This document shows positions 12,501 to 23,733 of a stretch of DNA of 49,978 bases, in pieces. A program made the translations under genes and the position numbers. The first letter of the stretch is position 1. Each line of letters begins with the position of its first letter. Location of the stretch: the NCBI GenBank assembly GCA_025603075.1, contig MU626402.1, forward strand, positions 1 through 49,978, in the 5' to 3' direction. Under the pieces are notes generated by a model, which searched no databases, was not told where the DNA came from, and saw only the letters and a program-made list of their open reading frames with translations. The DNA is from Neoconidiobolus thromboides FSU 785 (taxonomy: Eukaryota; Fungi; Entomophthoromycota).

Positions 12501-13234
12501 GAAAGATTTTGAGCTGGACACTTATCGTAATTAAAGGTTGTACTATCGACCACTCTTTCCCCCTCTTTTATTTTCTTAAAATGTTCAATTTCCTCTGTTA
12601 AATCTCTAACTTTTTGAACCACTGCAGCTCTTTTATCCCACAAATCATTGCGTAACTCATTCAAGGTTCGATCTTTAATCCTTTCATCATTACAAATTAT
12701 GTCACATATTTCATTACTTAGCTCATTCCTTTTTAAAACTGTCTCATTTAACTGTTTTTCCAACTCTTTTTTCTTTTCATCAATATTTGTATCTTCATCT
12801 TTTTTTACTTGGCTTAATCTATTTCGTTCAAGCGACTTATATACTTGAAGCTCCATAAAGTTTAATTCTTTTACAGGTTTGTTTATATTAAATGAGTTTG
12901 AGTTACTGGACAAGGACTTAGGTTGGTTGTTTGAATCAATTAAGCAGCCCAGACCTATAATTTTTATCATCTAATGTCACCAAATCTTGTTTTAATAAAA
13001 TTTACCTTTTAATGATGTGATATCACTCTGCCCTGTCCTGTACAACGGGAAATTAATTGACTCAGTTCTTTGTAGCTCGTTTATTTCAGTCCTTTTCTTT
13101 TTTGTTGTAGTGTTGTTAAAATTCTCCTGAACATCTGGTATTACCTCTTGGTCATCAAGTTCTGAATCATCACTACCAAAGAATTTGGATGCTATAGCAG
13201 CATAATTGTTTTTTATTAAGTGGTTGTATTCCAT
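9562..13234 (-). CDS. SGS1: RecQ family DNA helicase (SGS1/BLM-like), multi-exon
   Basis: MPTGGGKSLCYQLP, DEAHCVSQWGHDFRPDY, ATIAFGMGIDKPDVR, YYQETGRAGRDG, RQC Zn motif CRR..C..TCDNC and downstream HRDC-like exons (TIFTNNALIEM); first intron 13005-12955 restores frame; last exon ends AFRK-TAA near 9562. Confidence 0.9.
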
Positions 13235-13706
13235 TATCCTTTAATTCATATATTTCCCTTATGTTATTTTATTGCTTTTTATAATAGATAGCTATATATA
13301 TAAACAAGGGATAAAGATGTGCGTTTTCTATTAAGTAAATCCAACAAAGTTTGACTTTTTAGTTAAGCAATTTGACTTTGCAATATTCTATATTTAGACT
13401 ATTATTTTGAAAATGAAGCTTATTTGCATGTAATGTTTAAATATTATTAAACCTATTGGCCAATTACTTAAAATACTTGTTTTTTATATATCAGCTTTGA
13501 CTTAGTATGTAGTACTTTTAAAAAAAAAGAGTTACTCTAAAAATAATAATTTAAGCTTGTTGGACAAATTATCTCGTTACAAACTAAATAGAGTATAAGG
13601 TACCAAATTTTATATAATATTTGAATTTATTTTAATTATAATTTTATATAAATTTTTTGCTACAAAAAATAATATTGTTATGGAAGATTTGTTAATTTTA
13701 AAAGCA

Positions 13707-13712
13707 ACGCGA
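13707..13712. promoter_or_regulatory. MCB-like element ACGCGA
   Basis: CGCG core in the divergent SGS1/CTF4 promoter of a very GC-poor region. Confidence 0.4.
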
Positions 13713-13814
13713 TGCAATTATTTCAAATGGAATCACAATTTAAAAATAAACCCAAAATACTTCTAAATGCCATCAAATTATTGGTTAATTATACTGATTT
13801 ATGATAGGCTTTCC

Positions 13815-13820
13815 ACGCGT
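13815..13820. promoter_or_regulatory. MluI cell-cycle box (ACGCGT)
   Basis: Perfect ACGCGT 73 nt upstream of the CTF4 ATG, inside near-palindromic TTTCCACGCGTTTC; I saw no other CGCG in intergenic DNA besides 13707. Confidence 0.55.
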
Positions 13821-13887
13821 TTCAATAATTTAATAGTTACTTATCTGGATTTGAGTTAATAGACTTTTTAAAATTAAAATTTTGGAA

Positions 13888-16800
13888 ATGAGTAATATTC
13901 AAGAGCCAAATATATTTTTAGCACATTGCGATGGTCATACAGTTGTTTCTTTTTCTTCGGACGGAAAGTAAAATATAATGTTTTTTTTTTGAAAAAACTC
14001 AATTATTAGGTATATAATTACTGGAGGAAGTGATAATCTAGTGCGTCGTTTTAATGCTTCAATTGATGGTCGTGATGAAGAGCCACAGACGATGCAATAC
14101 CATAGTCAACCAATAAATTCGATAATGGCTACAGTAATAATATTAATTCTAAGTAAATTATACTCATGTTTTTAGAAAGAGCAAATTATTATTGGTTCTG
14201 AGAATTGTTCAGTAACATCCCACTGCATTACCTCATTAAATTTTTTGGAAACCTTATCGCGCTGTACTTTACCAATCAGATCATTTGATGTATTATTATC
14301 TCGAAAAAGTGGGAAACCAGAAAGGGTTGCTATAATTTCAGAAGAATTGAATATCAAATTGTATGATTGTGTTGATAAAAAAGTTCATTATTTAAGTGGT
14401 TTAAAACAACCAGCGAACGCCGTTGCTTTTCACCCAAATGGGAGAATTTTGGTAATAATTTACTTTTATTAAATTGATCAATTAATCGTATCTATAGGTT
14501 GCTATAAGTAGTAATGGTACCCTACATAAATATGATCTTTCTAATCATGTTAACAGAGATGAATCTAATTTCGAGCCTATTGTATCATTTAAAGATATTT
14601 CTTATTCAACTCTACCTAGAGATAAAAATCAATTTCAAATTAGTTATCATCCTAAAGGCACTTATTTAGCTGTTCCAGGTAAAGAAAAAGGCGTCAGATT
14701 ATTGAAAGGAGATTCTTTGGTGTTATATAAAGATATAGCAACTAACCAAAATAACAAAATATCTCTTTGTGAATTCTCTCCGAACGGCAAATTTGTTGCT
14801 TCAGTAGGTTTAGATAATTATGTTACTATTTATAATTTGGAATCTGAAACACCTGAAAATATCTTTTCATACCAAAATGACACTAAAGTTACCGGATTAG
14901 ATTGGTCTCCTAAGGATAATACTTTGTGTATTACTGATGATAATGGTGTTTTGAAGGTATTTGATAGTGTAATTAATGCAGCTCATCTAAATAACACCAA
15001 CTGGACTATTGAAGATGACACCAAGAATAATATGATAGATATCTTTGATAACGATATTCCTGATGACAAAGCGATATCAATTGATGACATTAATGATGAG
15101 TATACTCAACAGAGAAAACTAGATTCGATTGATATGGGATTTCATATTAAATCTTCTTCTAGAGGATCGGAGATCGGAGAAGGACTAGAAGAGGACTTAC
15201 AAAGCATAAGTGATCGTTCTTTTAAAAATGCCCATTATACAAATGAAAAGGTACAACTACAAAAAGCATTTTTGCCTGGATCCACATCAATTGAAGGATC
15301 TGAATGTCAGTTCTTAAACTTCAATAGCATTGGATATGTTTCAGCTTATGCCACTCATGAAAAAACTATGTATAACGTTGTATTCCATGATCAAAGTAAA
15401 CTTAAAAATTACAAATTTAGCGATTATGGGAATTATACTATGGCATCTATAGGCTCAAGGGGAACATTGTTTGGCTCACAAATAGATGAGGAAAATGATA
15501 AAGATGCAGTGATTTATTACAGGCTTCATGGTAATTGGAGTACAAATGAAAGAGAGTGGCGCATGATTCTAGATAAAGATGAGGACATCATTACTTTATG
15601 TGCTACTTCTTATGGACCAGTAGTTGTTACAACATTAGGATATATAAGATATTTTAGTCATTCTGGGAATCAAATTGACATTGCAATTTCTTACTCTCCA
15701 ACCATGTTGACAATATGTACTGATCATCGTGACTTGTTATTATTTGTTTATCATCAATCTGCTGATGCTAATGATGCTAGATTAGGATACACAATTTATA
15801 ATATTGAGACTAAACAAAAATGTAATGAAGGCCAAATTACTTTAGGAAGAGGAGCCTCATTAGAATGGGCTGGGTTTTCTGATAAAGGAACCCCAGCATA
15901 TTCTGATTCTTACGGTACAGTATCAGTATTATTAAACTTGAACAATAATAACTCAATATGTTGGAAACCAGTTTTAAGACTTGATGTTAACACCCAATTC
16001 CCTTTTGGGTTGGATGATGAAAACTTACATTATTTATTGATCACGCCTGGATCGTCGTGGATTATTGAACCTGAACCCTCAATGACTCCATTTAAAATAC
16101 CATTGATATCTAATACAAATACAGAGATAAAACTAGAAGAAGAGCTACTAAACACAAAAATCAAGAAGCAACTTTATATTGATTCATTAATATATGAAGA
16201 TCATAAACTGGCAGAAATGAATTCAAGAGAAATAGACAAATTTCAACATTCTGAGGACAAAATAATTCTAACTTTAATCGGCAGAGCGTGTAAAAACAAA
16301 CAAGTTAAAATGGCAATTGAGCTTGTATTGATGCTTAATGAGGAATATTCTTTAACTTTAGCAAAAAACATTGCAGCACGCTATGATGCTTTAGAATTAG
16401 TTAGAAGCATCCCAGAATTAGCAAAGGTGAATCTTTTTAATTGCTAAGTTATGATATTTATACTTTTTCTATAGAAAAAAGCGCTACAAAAAAAGTTAAA
16501 TGATGATCAATCTCAAGATGACATAGTTAATGCTTTAGAATACGAAACTACTAAAAAATCTCGTGATGAATCAACAAAGTAAAGTTATAACTATTATAAT
16601 TCATAATCTAATTGTTTTTTAGATACATTGACATATCTAATAAAAACAAAGCCCAATCACCTTCAATTGTTAATAGTAAGAGGCAGGTAGCAGGTAGCTT
16701 GTTTTTTAATATCTTATAATATATAGCTAATATACATATTTAGAAGAAAGCCCTTTTTCTAAATCTTATGGGCTTAACCAAATAACTCCTAGGTTAAACC

Positions 16801-17039
16801 CACGTAAACCAATTATCTTAAATGAGGTTGATAAGAAAAGATCTCTCGGAGAGGTTAATGATGAAACAACTACATTCGAATCTAACAATAAACGGGTTAA
16901 TGTAATTCAAGCTTTGTTTTCTAAAAAAGATACAAATGAAAAAAAAGATGAAGAAAATATTGTAAGCTTTGTTGATTAATAACAAATTTTAACTAATATA
17001 TTTTAGCCAGGGTCTATTGTATTAATGTCTGATGATTAA
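13888..17039 (+). CDS. CTF4: Ctf4/Mcl1/AND-1 replisome and cohesion factor (WD40 + SepB domain), multi-exon
   Basis: MSNIQEPNIFLAHCDGHTVVSFSSDGK then YIITGGSDNLVR; QKAFLPGSTS..FLNFNSIGYV, VIYYRLHGNW..NEREW, LEWAGFSDKGTPAYSDSYG are typical SepB/Ctf4 motifs; terminal exon ends MSDD-TAA at 17039. Confidence 0.85.
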
Positions 17040-18233
17040 AGTACCATACAACCCTTCTTTTGTAGAATTATCATAATGTTCAAATTTCTCATTATTTTTA
17101 AGTTTAAATATGGTCATAATATGAAGTATTATTATTATGTTAATTTTGAAAATACATACTCTTATCCTTAGTAAAATTTTACTCGAATTATATATACTTA
17201 TTCTTTAATAAAATTTATTAGTTTAATATAAAAATTACTATTGTTAACACAGAATTTAAAGTTATATTTAAAATTGTTTGATTTCATGATAATGGTATAA
17301 TTTTAGCTTTTCAAAACTAATTTCAAATCAAGTTACTATTTAAGTATTATTTTAGTATATAAATTAATGAGCTATTTGAATACTAGATACTATTGTTTAG
17401 GTTGTATAAACAAAATCAATATAGCAAGAATCTAATACAAAAAGATAGGATTAAAATGTATAAAAATTTAGCATATAAACTTAAATTGTTAAAATGATAG
17501 CTATGAACACTAAAATGAATTATTTTAGTCTAATAAAATTACACTTAAATCCTCTAACTTTGGTTTAAAACTAGTTTTTTTCCAATAGTTTCCTTTAAAA
17601 TAATATTTTACATATACGCTTTTTACATCAGATTTAATTGAATTATATAAATGTTTATATGTTAAAGTATGCACTTCTGGTTAAAAACAAGCTTACCAAA
17701 ATGTTATAAGCAAATTATTGAATTTGTGAATAGCTTCTTACTAATTATATCTTTTTAAAGGATACTATAATTTACAAATATTGTTTTCAAGCTAATAGCT
17801 TAATTCAAAGTTAACTCGGACATTTCAGTTTTAAGTTTTACACTAAAAATAATAAACTGAATACTTTATAGTAATTTAAATCTTGTTATAAACACCATGT
17901 TAACATTTCTATAGAACTTCACATTCAGGTTTTATTTGCCATGTAGATAAACATAAAAGAGCTCTTCACTAACATAAAGAAATGTTTTGGTACTCTTTAT
18001 GATACTTATTCTATAATCATATTTTATTTTATCTACTAATTTTTACCCCAAAATTTACCCAAGTGGAAGCATGATCAAAAAAACGGAAAATTTTAATATT
18101 TCCTTAAAAAAGGAGAGTTAGAAATAATATAGTGGTTATAATGAGTTTATTATTGAGATTAATAAATAAAGCATGATTTTAATATATAATTAAAGAGTTT
18201 TCATTAATATTTACTTCGTATCTTAAAAATAAA

Positions 18234-18339
18234 ATATGGGGATGTTTTTCTTGATTTCATTACTTTTTCCATCTTTTAAGCATTATTTGAATGGAAAGAT
18301 TGTTAGCAAATTCTTAAACAAAAAAATACATTCCCATAT
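18234..18339 (+). mobile_element. MITE-like element copy E
   Basis: ATATGGGGATGTTTTT...AAAAAAATACATTCCCATAT termini with family core. Confidence 0.85.
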
Positions 18340-19009
18340 GCTTGATAACTATTGTTTTATTTTCCATTTTTAGAATCAAGCTAAAATTATTGACAATGTT
18401 TAAAAAAGAAATGAAATTATCATGTTAATAAAATTCACCCTGAAACCCAAGCTATTGAAAATTATATTATGGTAAAAAAAGGAGCTGTTTATACCCCTCA
18501 AAGTTATGTTAAAGCTAAAAATGATTTAAAAAAATAATTTAAAGAGTATAAATTTCTTTTTATCATATTCTATCACAGTTACTCGAATTTATTTAATATC
18601 ATTTTAACGAATTCATCGTATTGTCAACTCAAGTAATAATAATACCGATTAATCTTTATTTAAAATCAGTGAAATACAGCTTGCTTATATTATATTTATT
18701 TAGATCAAACTAAGAAAATTTAATGTCTTTAACAGTTTTGACTGAAAGTGTGACTCTTAATACATCATTTAATATCAAAGGATCTTTTGAGACTTCAATT
18801 AATGGGTTTAAAAAATATCAAAAAAATGAAAATGCCTCAATATGTTACCTTTATTACAAATTAACAGAGGGTAAAATTAATAAGAAAGGTATAAATATTT
18901 TAGATCTATTGAATTCATTTATTAAACATAAACATAAATAGCGCATTATTCCTTTAAAAATAGTATTAAAAAAATAAATAATAAGCTAGACATCTATTTA
19001 AATAGGAAA

Positions 19010-22000
19010 ATGAACTATTTTGGAATAAAATTAATATTTTTGAGCTCTCCTGTTCCTAAGATTAAGCTGGATTTTATGATTCCATATCCCAGGTGGTTGC
19101 AAACTCAATCAATTTTAAAGAGCTGGTCTACAAAAGAAATTCATGCCTTTCAATTATTAACTGGTCTTCAATATATCCATCGACAAGGGATATTCCAAAT
19201 AGGTCTAAAACTAAGTAGTATAAATCTAGTTTCTGGAAAGGATAAGACGAATTGGAGACTAACTATTGGGAATGGAAATAGTTCAGCCAAATTTAATAGT
19301 TACCATAGGACTTGGATATTAGCAAAAAATATATCAACCCCAAGTTGGACTCCTAAGTTGTACTTTCAAAAATTTATAATTGAAGAAACATTTAAAAAGG
19401 ATTTGTATGATATTGGTCAAATCTTTTATTACATTAGTTATAATACTTTCGACAACATTGCTCGTTTATCCGCAAAACCAGTTACTAATCCTTCTCAAAA
19501 TGATTCACAGATACCAAAGTTATCTTATTTATCCCCCTTTCCTATTCCTCATGCTATTCCTTATACTTATTATTTAGTAATGCGTCGCTTTTTATCCAAT
19601 AATTTTGAAATAAGGGGTACTGTGCGCACAGCATTAAAAATATTAAGTGGTAAAGCTATAAAACGAAATAAGGATAAAACAAATAAACATCTTAATAAAT
19701 TGATAGCAATAAGATCGCAATTAGCGCCAAGTAGTATATCTATAAACTCAAACTCAAAATCCGACTTTGCTAGAAGTATAAAATCAAAAACTGAATCTCA
19801 TACTGCTTCAGAAATTGATGATCTGTATCATAGAGATTCTGTACAAGGACAACTTTTGTTAGGAAATTGTTACTACGAAGGCCTTGGTGTACAAGTGAAC
19901 CATGATTTAGCAGCAGAATTTTATGAAAGTGCTGCACATAAAGGAAGCCATGAAGCCCAATATAAGTTAGGTATATGTTATAAATACGGCCATGGTAAAC
20001 CAGTAGATTATTTGTTAGCAGCTTATTGGTTTGAACAAAGTGCACTTAGTGGCACAGGTCCTGCACTAACTGCATTAGGGCTTTGTTATGAATATGGATA
20101 TGGAAAAATACAAGATTTTGAGGTTGCATTTACATGGTATTTAAAAGCAGCAAATCAAGGAGACCCTACCGCGCAATACTATCTAGGGTTCTTTTATTAC
20201 AATGGACAGGGAGTTAAACAAAATTATGAATACGCTATAGGGTGGTATAATCGTGCTGCTGATCAGGGACATTCTGGGGCACAAAATAGACTAGGTGATT
20301 GCTTTTATTTTGGTCTTGGGATTAAGAGAAATCTAGAAAGGGCAATGTACTGGTATGAAAAAGCCGCACAGCAGGGAGATGCAGCTTCTAGTTACTCTCT
20401 TGGTCTTGGTGATGATAGTAATAATAATTCGCAAGATTATGAGAAGGCATTTCATTTCTTCAAAAAAGCTGCTGAGCGTGGTGTAGTCACATCACAAGCC
20501 AATTTAGCTGATTGTTATTACGTTGGCTTAGGCGTAAGGCAAAACTACTCCAAGGCCGTAAAATGGTATGAAAGGGCTGCAAAAAAGAACCATGCTCATT
20601 CTCAATATTCATTGGGACTGTGCTATGAATCGGGACGAGGGATCAATAAAGAAAATGATCGAACTTTTCAATTTCAAACTCCTGGTAATACAAAAAGGAC
20701 TTTAGAAATGTTAACAGGAACAAGTACAGTCCTTTTACCAGGAATCAATAGAACTGTATCCGCAGGTAGCTCTAGCTCTAATTATAATATTTCTGGTTCG
20801 AAAGCTATTTACTGGTTTGAGAAGGCTGCTGAACAAGGACATACTGGATCCCAAGCTAAGCTAGGTGATTGTTATTATTATGGCATGGGAACAAGAGCAG
20901 ATCCACGTAAAGCATATTTTTGGTATAAAAAAGCAGCAGGCCAGCGCCATTTAATGGCTCAATTTAACTTGGGCAGGTGTTACGAGCTTGGTGTAGGTGT
21001 TAAGACTGATCTTGAAAAAGCCGTTTCATGCTATCGAAAATCAGCAGATCAAGGCTCATCCTTGGCTCGTAATAAATTAGGCGATTGCTATTATAACGGG
21101 TTGGGAGTGAAACTAAATTATGAAAAAGCTATTACTTGGTATGTCAAAGCAGCAGAACAAGGCAGTATAGAAGCTCAAGCATCTCTTGGCTTTTGTCATT
21201 ACAATGGCCATGGTACAAGGCAAAGTTACCCAAAAGCAGTTGAATGGTTTGAAAAAGCTGCTATTCATCGAGATCCCTCAGCACAAAATAAATTAGGTGA
21301 TTGCTACTATTTTGGACTGGGAGTTAAACAAAGCTATTTAGAGGCCGTTGCATGGTATCAGAAGGCTGCTGAGCAAGGATATGCAACTGCTCAATATAAT
21401 TTAGGATACTCTTATTATAATGGACGTGGTGTAGAAAAAGATTGGGAATTAGCTGTTGAGTGGTATGAAAAGGCTGCAGACCAAAACCATACATCAGCAC
21501 AAAAAAATCTCGGCGCTTGCTGTGAAATCGGTAGGGGTACTGAGCGTGATCCAAGCCGAGCTTTTTATTGGTATAATCGAGCAGCTGAGCTTAAACTCCC
21601 AGACGCCCTTTACCATGTTGGTAGATGCTATGAAAATGCCATTGGCGTTTTAAAATGTGATCTTGAAAAGGCTTTTAATAGTTATAAAGCAGCTTCTGAT
21701 TCTAATCATGGTGAAGCAATGACAAGTATTGGTAGATTCTATGAAAACGGGATTGTAGTCAAAAAATCGTCAGAAAAAGCTGTATCTTATTACAAAAAGG
21801 CTTCTGAACAAGGATTCGCTGAAGCACAAACTCTTTTAGGAGATTGCTATTATCGTGGAGTAGGCTGTAGACAAGATTACACTAAAGCAATTGGGTTTTT
21901 TAATAGAGCTGCTGGTCAAAACTACGCACCGGCACAATATCATTTAGGTTTATCATATTTAGAAGGAAAAATTACTAAAGTTGACCATAAAAAAGCCTTT

Positions 22001-23131
22001 TGTTGGTTTGAGATGGCAGCTAATCAAGGTCACCCGGAAAGTCAGATTGAGTTGGGCCATTGCTATTTAGACGGTAAAGGAGTAAAGTCAAATCCTTCCA
22101 CTGCTGTTAGATGGTATACTAGAGCAGCACAATCAAAAAATGCCGAAGCGCAAAATCAGCTAGGTATTTGTTACTATCTAGGCCGAGGGTTGCCTCAGAG
22201 CTATGAATTAGCCATGGATTGGTATCTTAAAGCAGCAGAACTAGGCCATGCTGGTGCTCAGAATAAGTTAGGAGATTTATATTGCTTTGGATTAGGCACA
22301 GAACAAAGCTTACAAAATGCAATGGAGTGGTATTTGAAATCAGGAAAACAAGGTCATACTGAAGCAGAATATAATTTGGGCTATTGCTTCTATATCTTAA
22401 AGCAATATGAAAATGCTGTAGCATGGTTTGAAAGAGCCGGTTCAAAGGGGCACAATATTGCACAAAATTATTTAGGTACATGTTATGAGAACGGACATGG
22501 TGTAAAAAAAGATTACGAAAGGGCGGTAAGCTGGTATAAGAAAGCTGCTGAACAAAATCACCCAGATTCCCAAAATTCAACAGGCTATTGTTATTACTAC
22601 GGTCTTGGTGTGCGCCAAGATTTCCAAAAGGCTGTATCTTACTACGAAAAGTCTGCCCTTCAAGGGTATGCTGAAGCTCAAACAAATCTAGGAACTTGCT
22701 ACTATCTTGGTTGTGGAATCGAGCACAATTATCAAAAAGCCATGCAGTGGTTTGAGTTGGGCGCCGAACAAGGAAATGCTGAAGCTCAAACGAATTTAGG
22801 CACTTGCTATTTTTTTGGTCATGGAACACAACAGGACTATGAAAAAGCTGCATATTGGTATTCTAAAGCAGCAGAGCAAGGAAACGCAAATGGCCAGACT
22901 TCTTTAGGTATATGCTATTTTAATGGACTTGGATGCGCTCAAGATTACTCCAAAGCTGTCCAGTGGTATACTAAAGCCGCAGATCAAGGGGTTGCAGATG
23001 CACAACATCGATTGGCGGAATGTTACTCTGAGGGAAATGGAGTTGAAGTAAACCCCTTAATGTCGGAATATTGGTTTCAAAAAGCAGCAGAAAATGGTGG
23101 CGCTGATCCCAAAAAGTGTACTGTAATGTAA
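19010..23131 (+). CDS. Degenerate kinase domain + 29 Sel1-like repeats + C-terminal CaaX (Chs4/Skt5-like architecture); 5' exons probably extend to about 18723 or further upstream
   Basis: Repeats of AQ..LG.CY..G.GV..DY.KA..WY.KAAEQG counted by eye; N-terminal FQLLTGLQYIHRQGIFQIGLK resembles a kinase C-lobe; ends KKCTVM-stop. A candidate intron 18871-18989 joins ORF 18723 in frame. Confidence 0.85.
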   Translation: MNYFGIKLIFLSSPVPKIKLDFMIPYPRWLQTQSILKSWSTKEIHAFQLLTGLQYIHRQGIFQIGLKLSSINLVSGKDKTNWRLTIGNGNSSAKFNSYHRTWILAKNISTPSWTPKLYFQKFIIEETFKKDLYDIGQIFYYISYNTFDNIARLSAKPVTNPSQNDSQIPKLSYLSPFPIPHAIPYTYYLVMRRFLSNNFEIRGTVRTALKILSGKAIKRNKDKTNKHLNKLIAIRSQLAPSSISINSNSKSDFARSIKSKTESHTASEIDDLYHRDSVQGQLLLGNCYYEGLGVQVNHDLAAEFYESAAHKGSHEAQYKLGICYKYGHGKPVDYLLAAYWFEQSALSGTGPALTALGLCYEYGYGKIQDFEVAFTWYLKAANQGDPTAQYYLGFFYYNGQGVKQNYEYAIGWYNRAADQGHSGAQNRLGDCFYFGLGIKRNLERAMYWYEKAAQQGDAASSYSLGLGDDSNNNSQDYEKAFHFFKKAAERGVVTSQANLADCYYVGLGVRQNYSKAVKWYERAAKKNHAHSQYSLGLCYESGRGINKENDRTFQFQTPGNTKRTLEMLTGTSTVLLPGINRTVSAGSSSSNYNISGSKAIYWFEKAAEQGHTGSQAKLGDCYYYGMGTRADPRKAYFWYKKAAGQRHLMAQFNLGRCYELGVGVKTDLEKAVSCYRKSADQGSSLARNKLGDCYYNGLGVKLNYEKAITWYVKAAEQGSIEAQASLGFCHYNGHGTRQSYPKAVEWFEKAAIHRDPSAQNKLGDCYYFGLGVKQSYLEAVAWYQKAAEQGYATAQYNLGYSYYNGRGVEKDWELAVEWYEKAADQNHTSAQKNLGACCEIGRGTERDPSRAFYWYNRAAELKLPDALYHVGRCYENAIGVLKCDLEKAFNSYKAASDSNHGEAMTSIGRFYENGIVVKKSSEKAVSYYKKASEQGFAEAQTLLGDCYYRGVGCRQDYTKAIGFFNRAAGQNYAPAQYHLGLSYLEGKITKVDHKKAFCWFEMAANQGHPESQIELGHCYLDGKGVKSNPSTAVRWYTRAAQSKNAEAQNQLGICYYLGRGLPQSYELAMDWYLKAAELGHAGAQNKLGDLYCFGLGTEQSLQNAMEWYLKSGKQGHTEAEYNLGYCFYILKQYENAVAWFERAGSKGHNIAQNYLGTCYENGHGVKKDYERAVSWYKKAAEQNHPDSQNSTGYCYYYGLGVRQDFQKAVSYYEKSALQGYAEAQTNLGTCYYLGCGIEHNYQKAMQWFELGAEQGNAEAQTNLGTCYFFGHGTQQDYEKAAYWYSKAAEQGNANGQTSLGICYFNGLGCAQDYSKAVQWYTKAADQGVADAQHRLAECYSEGNGVEVNPLMSEYWFQKAAENGGADPKKCTVM

Positions 23132-23733
23132 TCTACTTTAACATTAATAATTATATATACTTAAATTTAATTGACAATTTACACTTAATACTTTAATTCA
23201 AAACAAATAAATACCAACAAAAATTATGTAGTTTTTTGAAAAATAGAATTTGAATTTTTAAGAATCTAAAGAATTGATTTACAATATACAAAAACATAAA
23301 TGATTTTGTGTGCCTTCATAAATTAATACTTGTATAGTTTGAAAATAGTGCATTGTTATACTGGCGATAATTACTTAAATCCTAATCACTTAAAAAAAGT
23401 AAATTAGAGCCAATAGAATATTTTAAAGGTTGTGTTGAAGTATTGATCTTATTGGTATAGTTATACTACTTTAAGGGTATTCCTTGAAGTGAGTCTATTC
23501 CTACCCTTACTGAGTACGAAATAATGCATCCAGAGTTCACTATGTAAATATAGGTCAAGGATTATTATTATGCTCCATAAATATTTGGTTATAGAAAATC
23601 TACATAAAGTATCATAATTTTAATATATCAATATATTAAATAGTGTGTTTATTTTTATAAAAATAATTGAAATCGCTTGATAATTAAATCTCAGATTAAA
23701 CTGTTTTCTATATTCTATACAAGTATAATTAAT

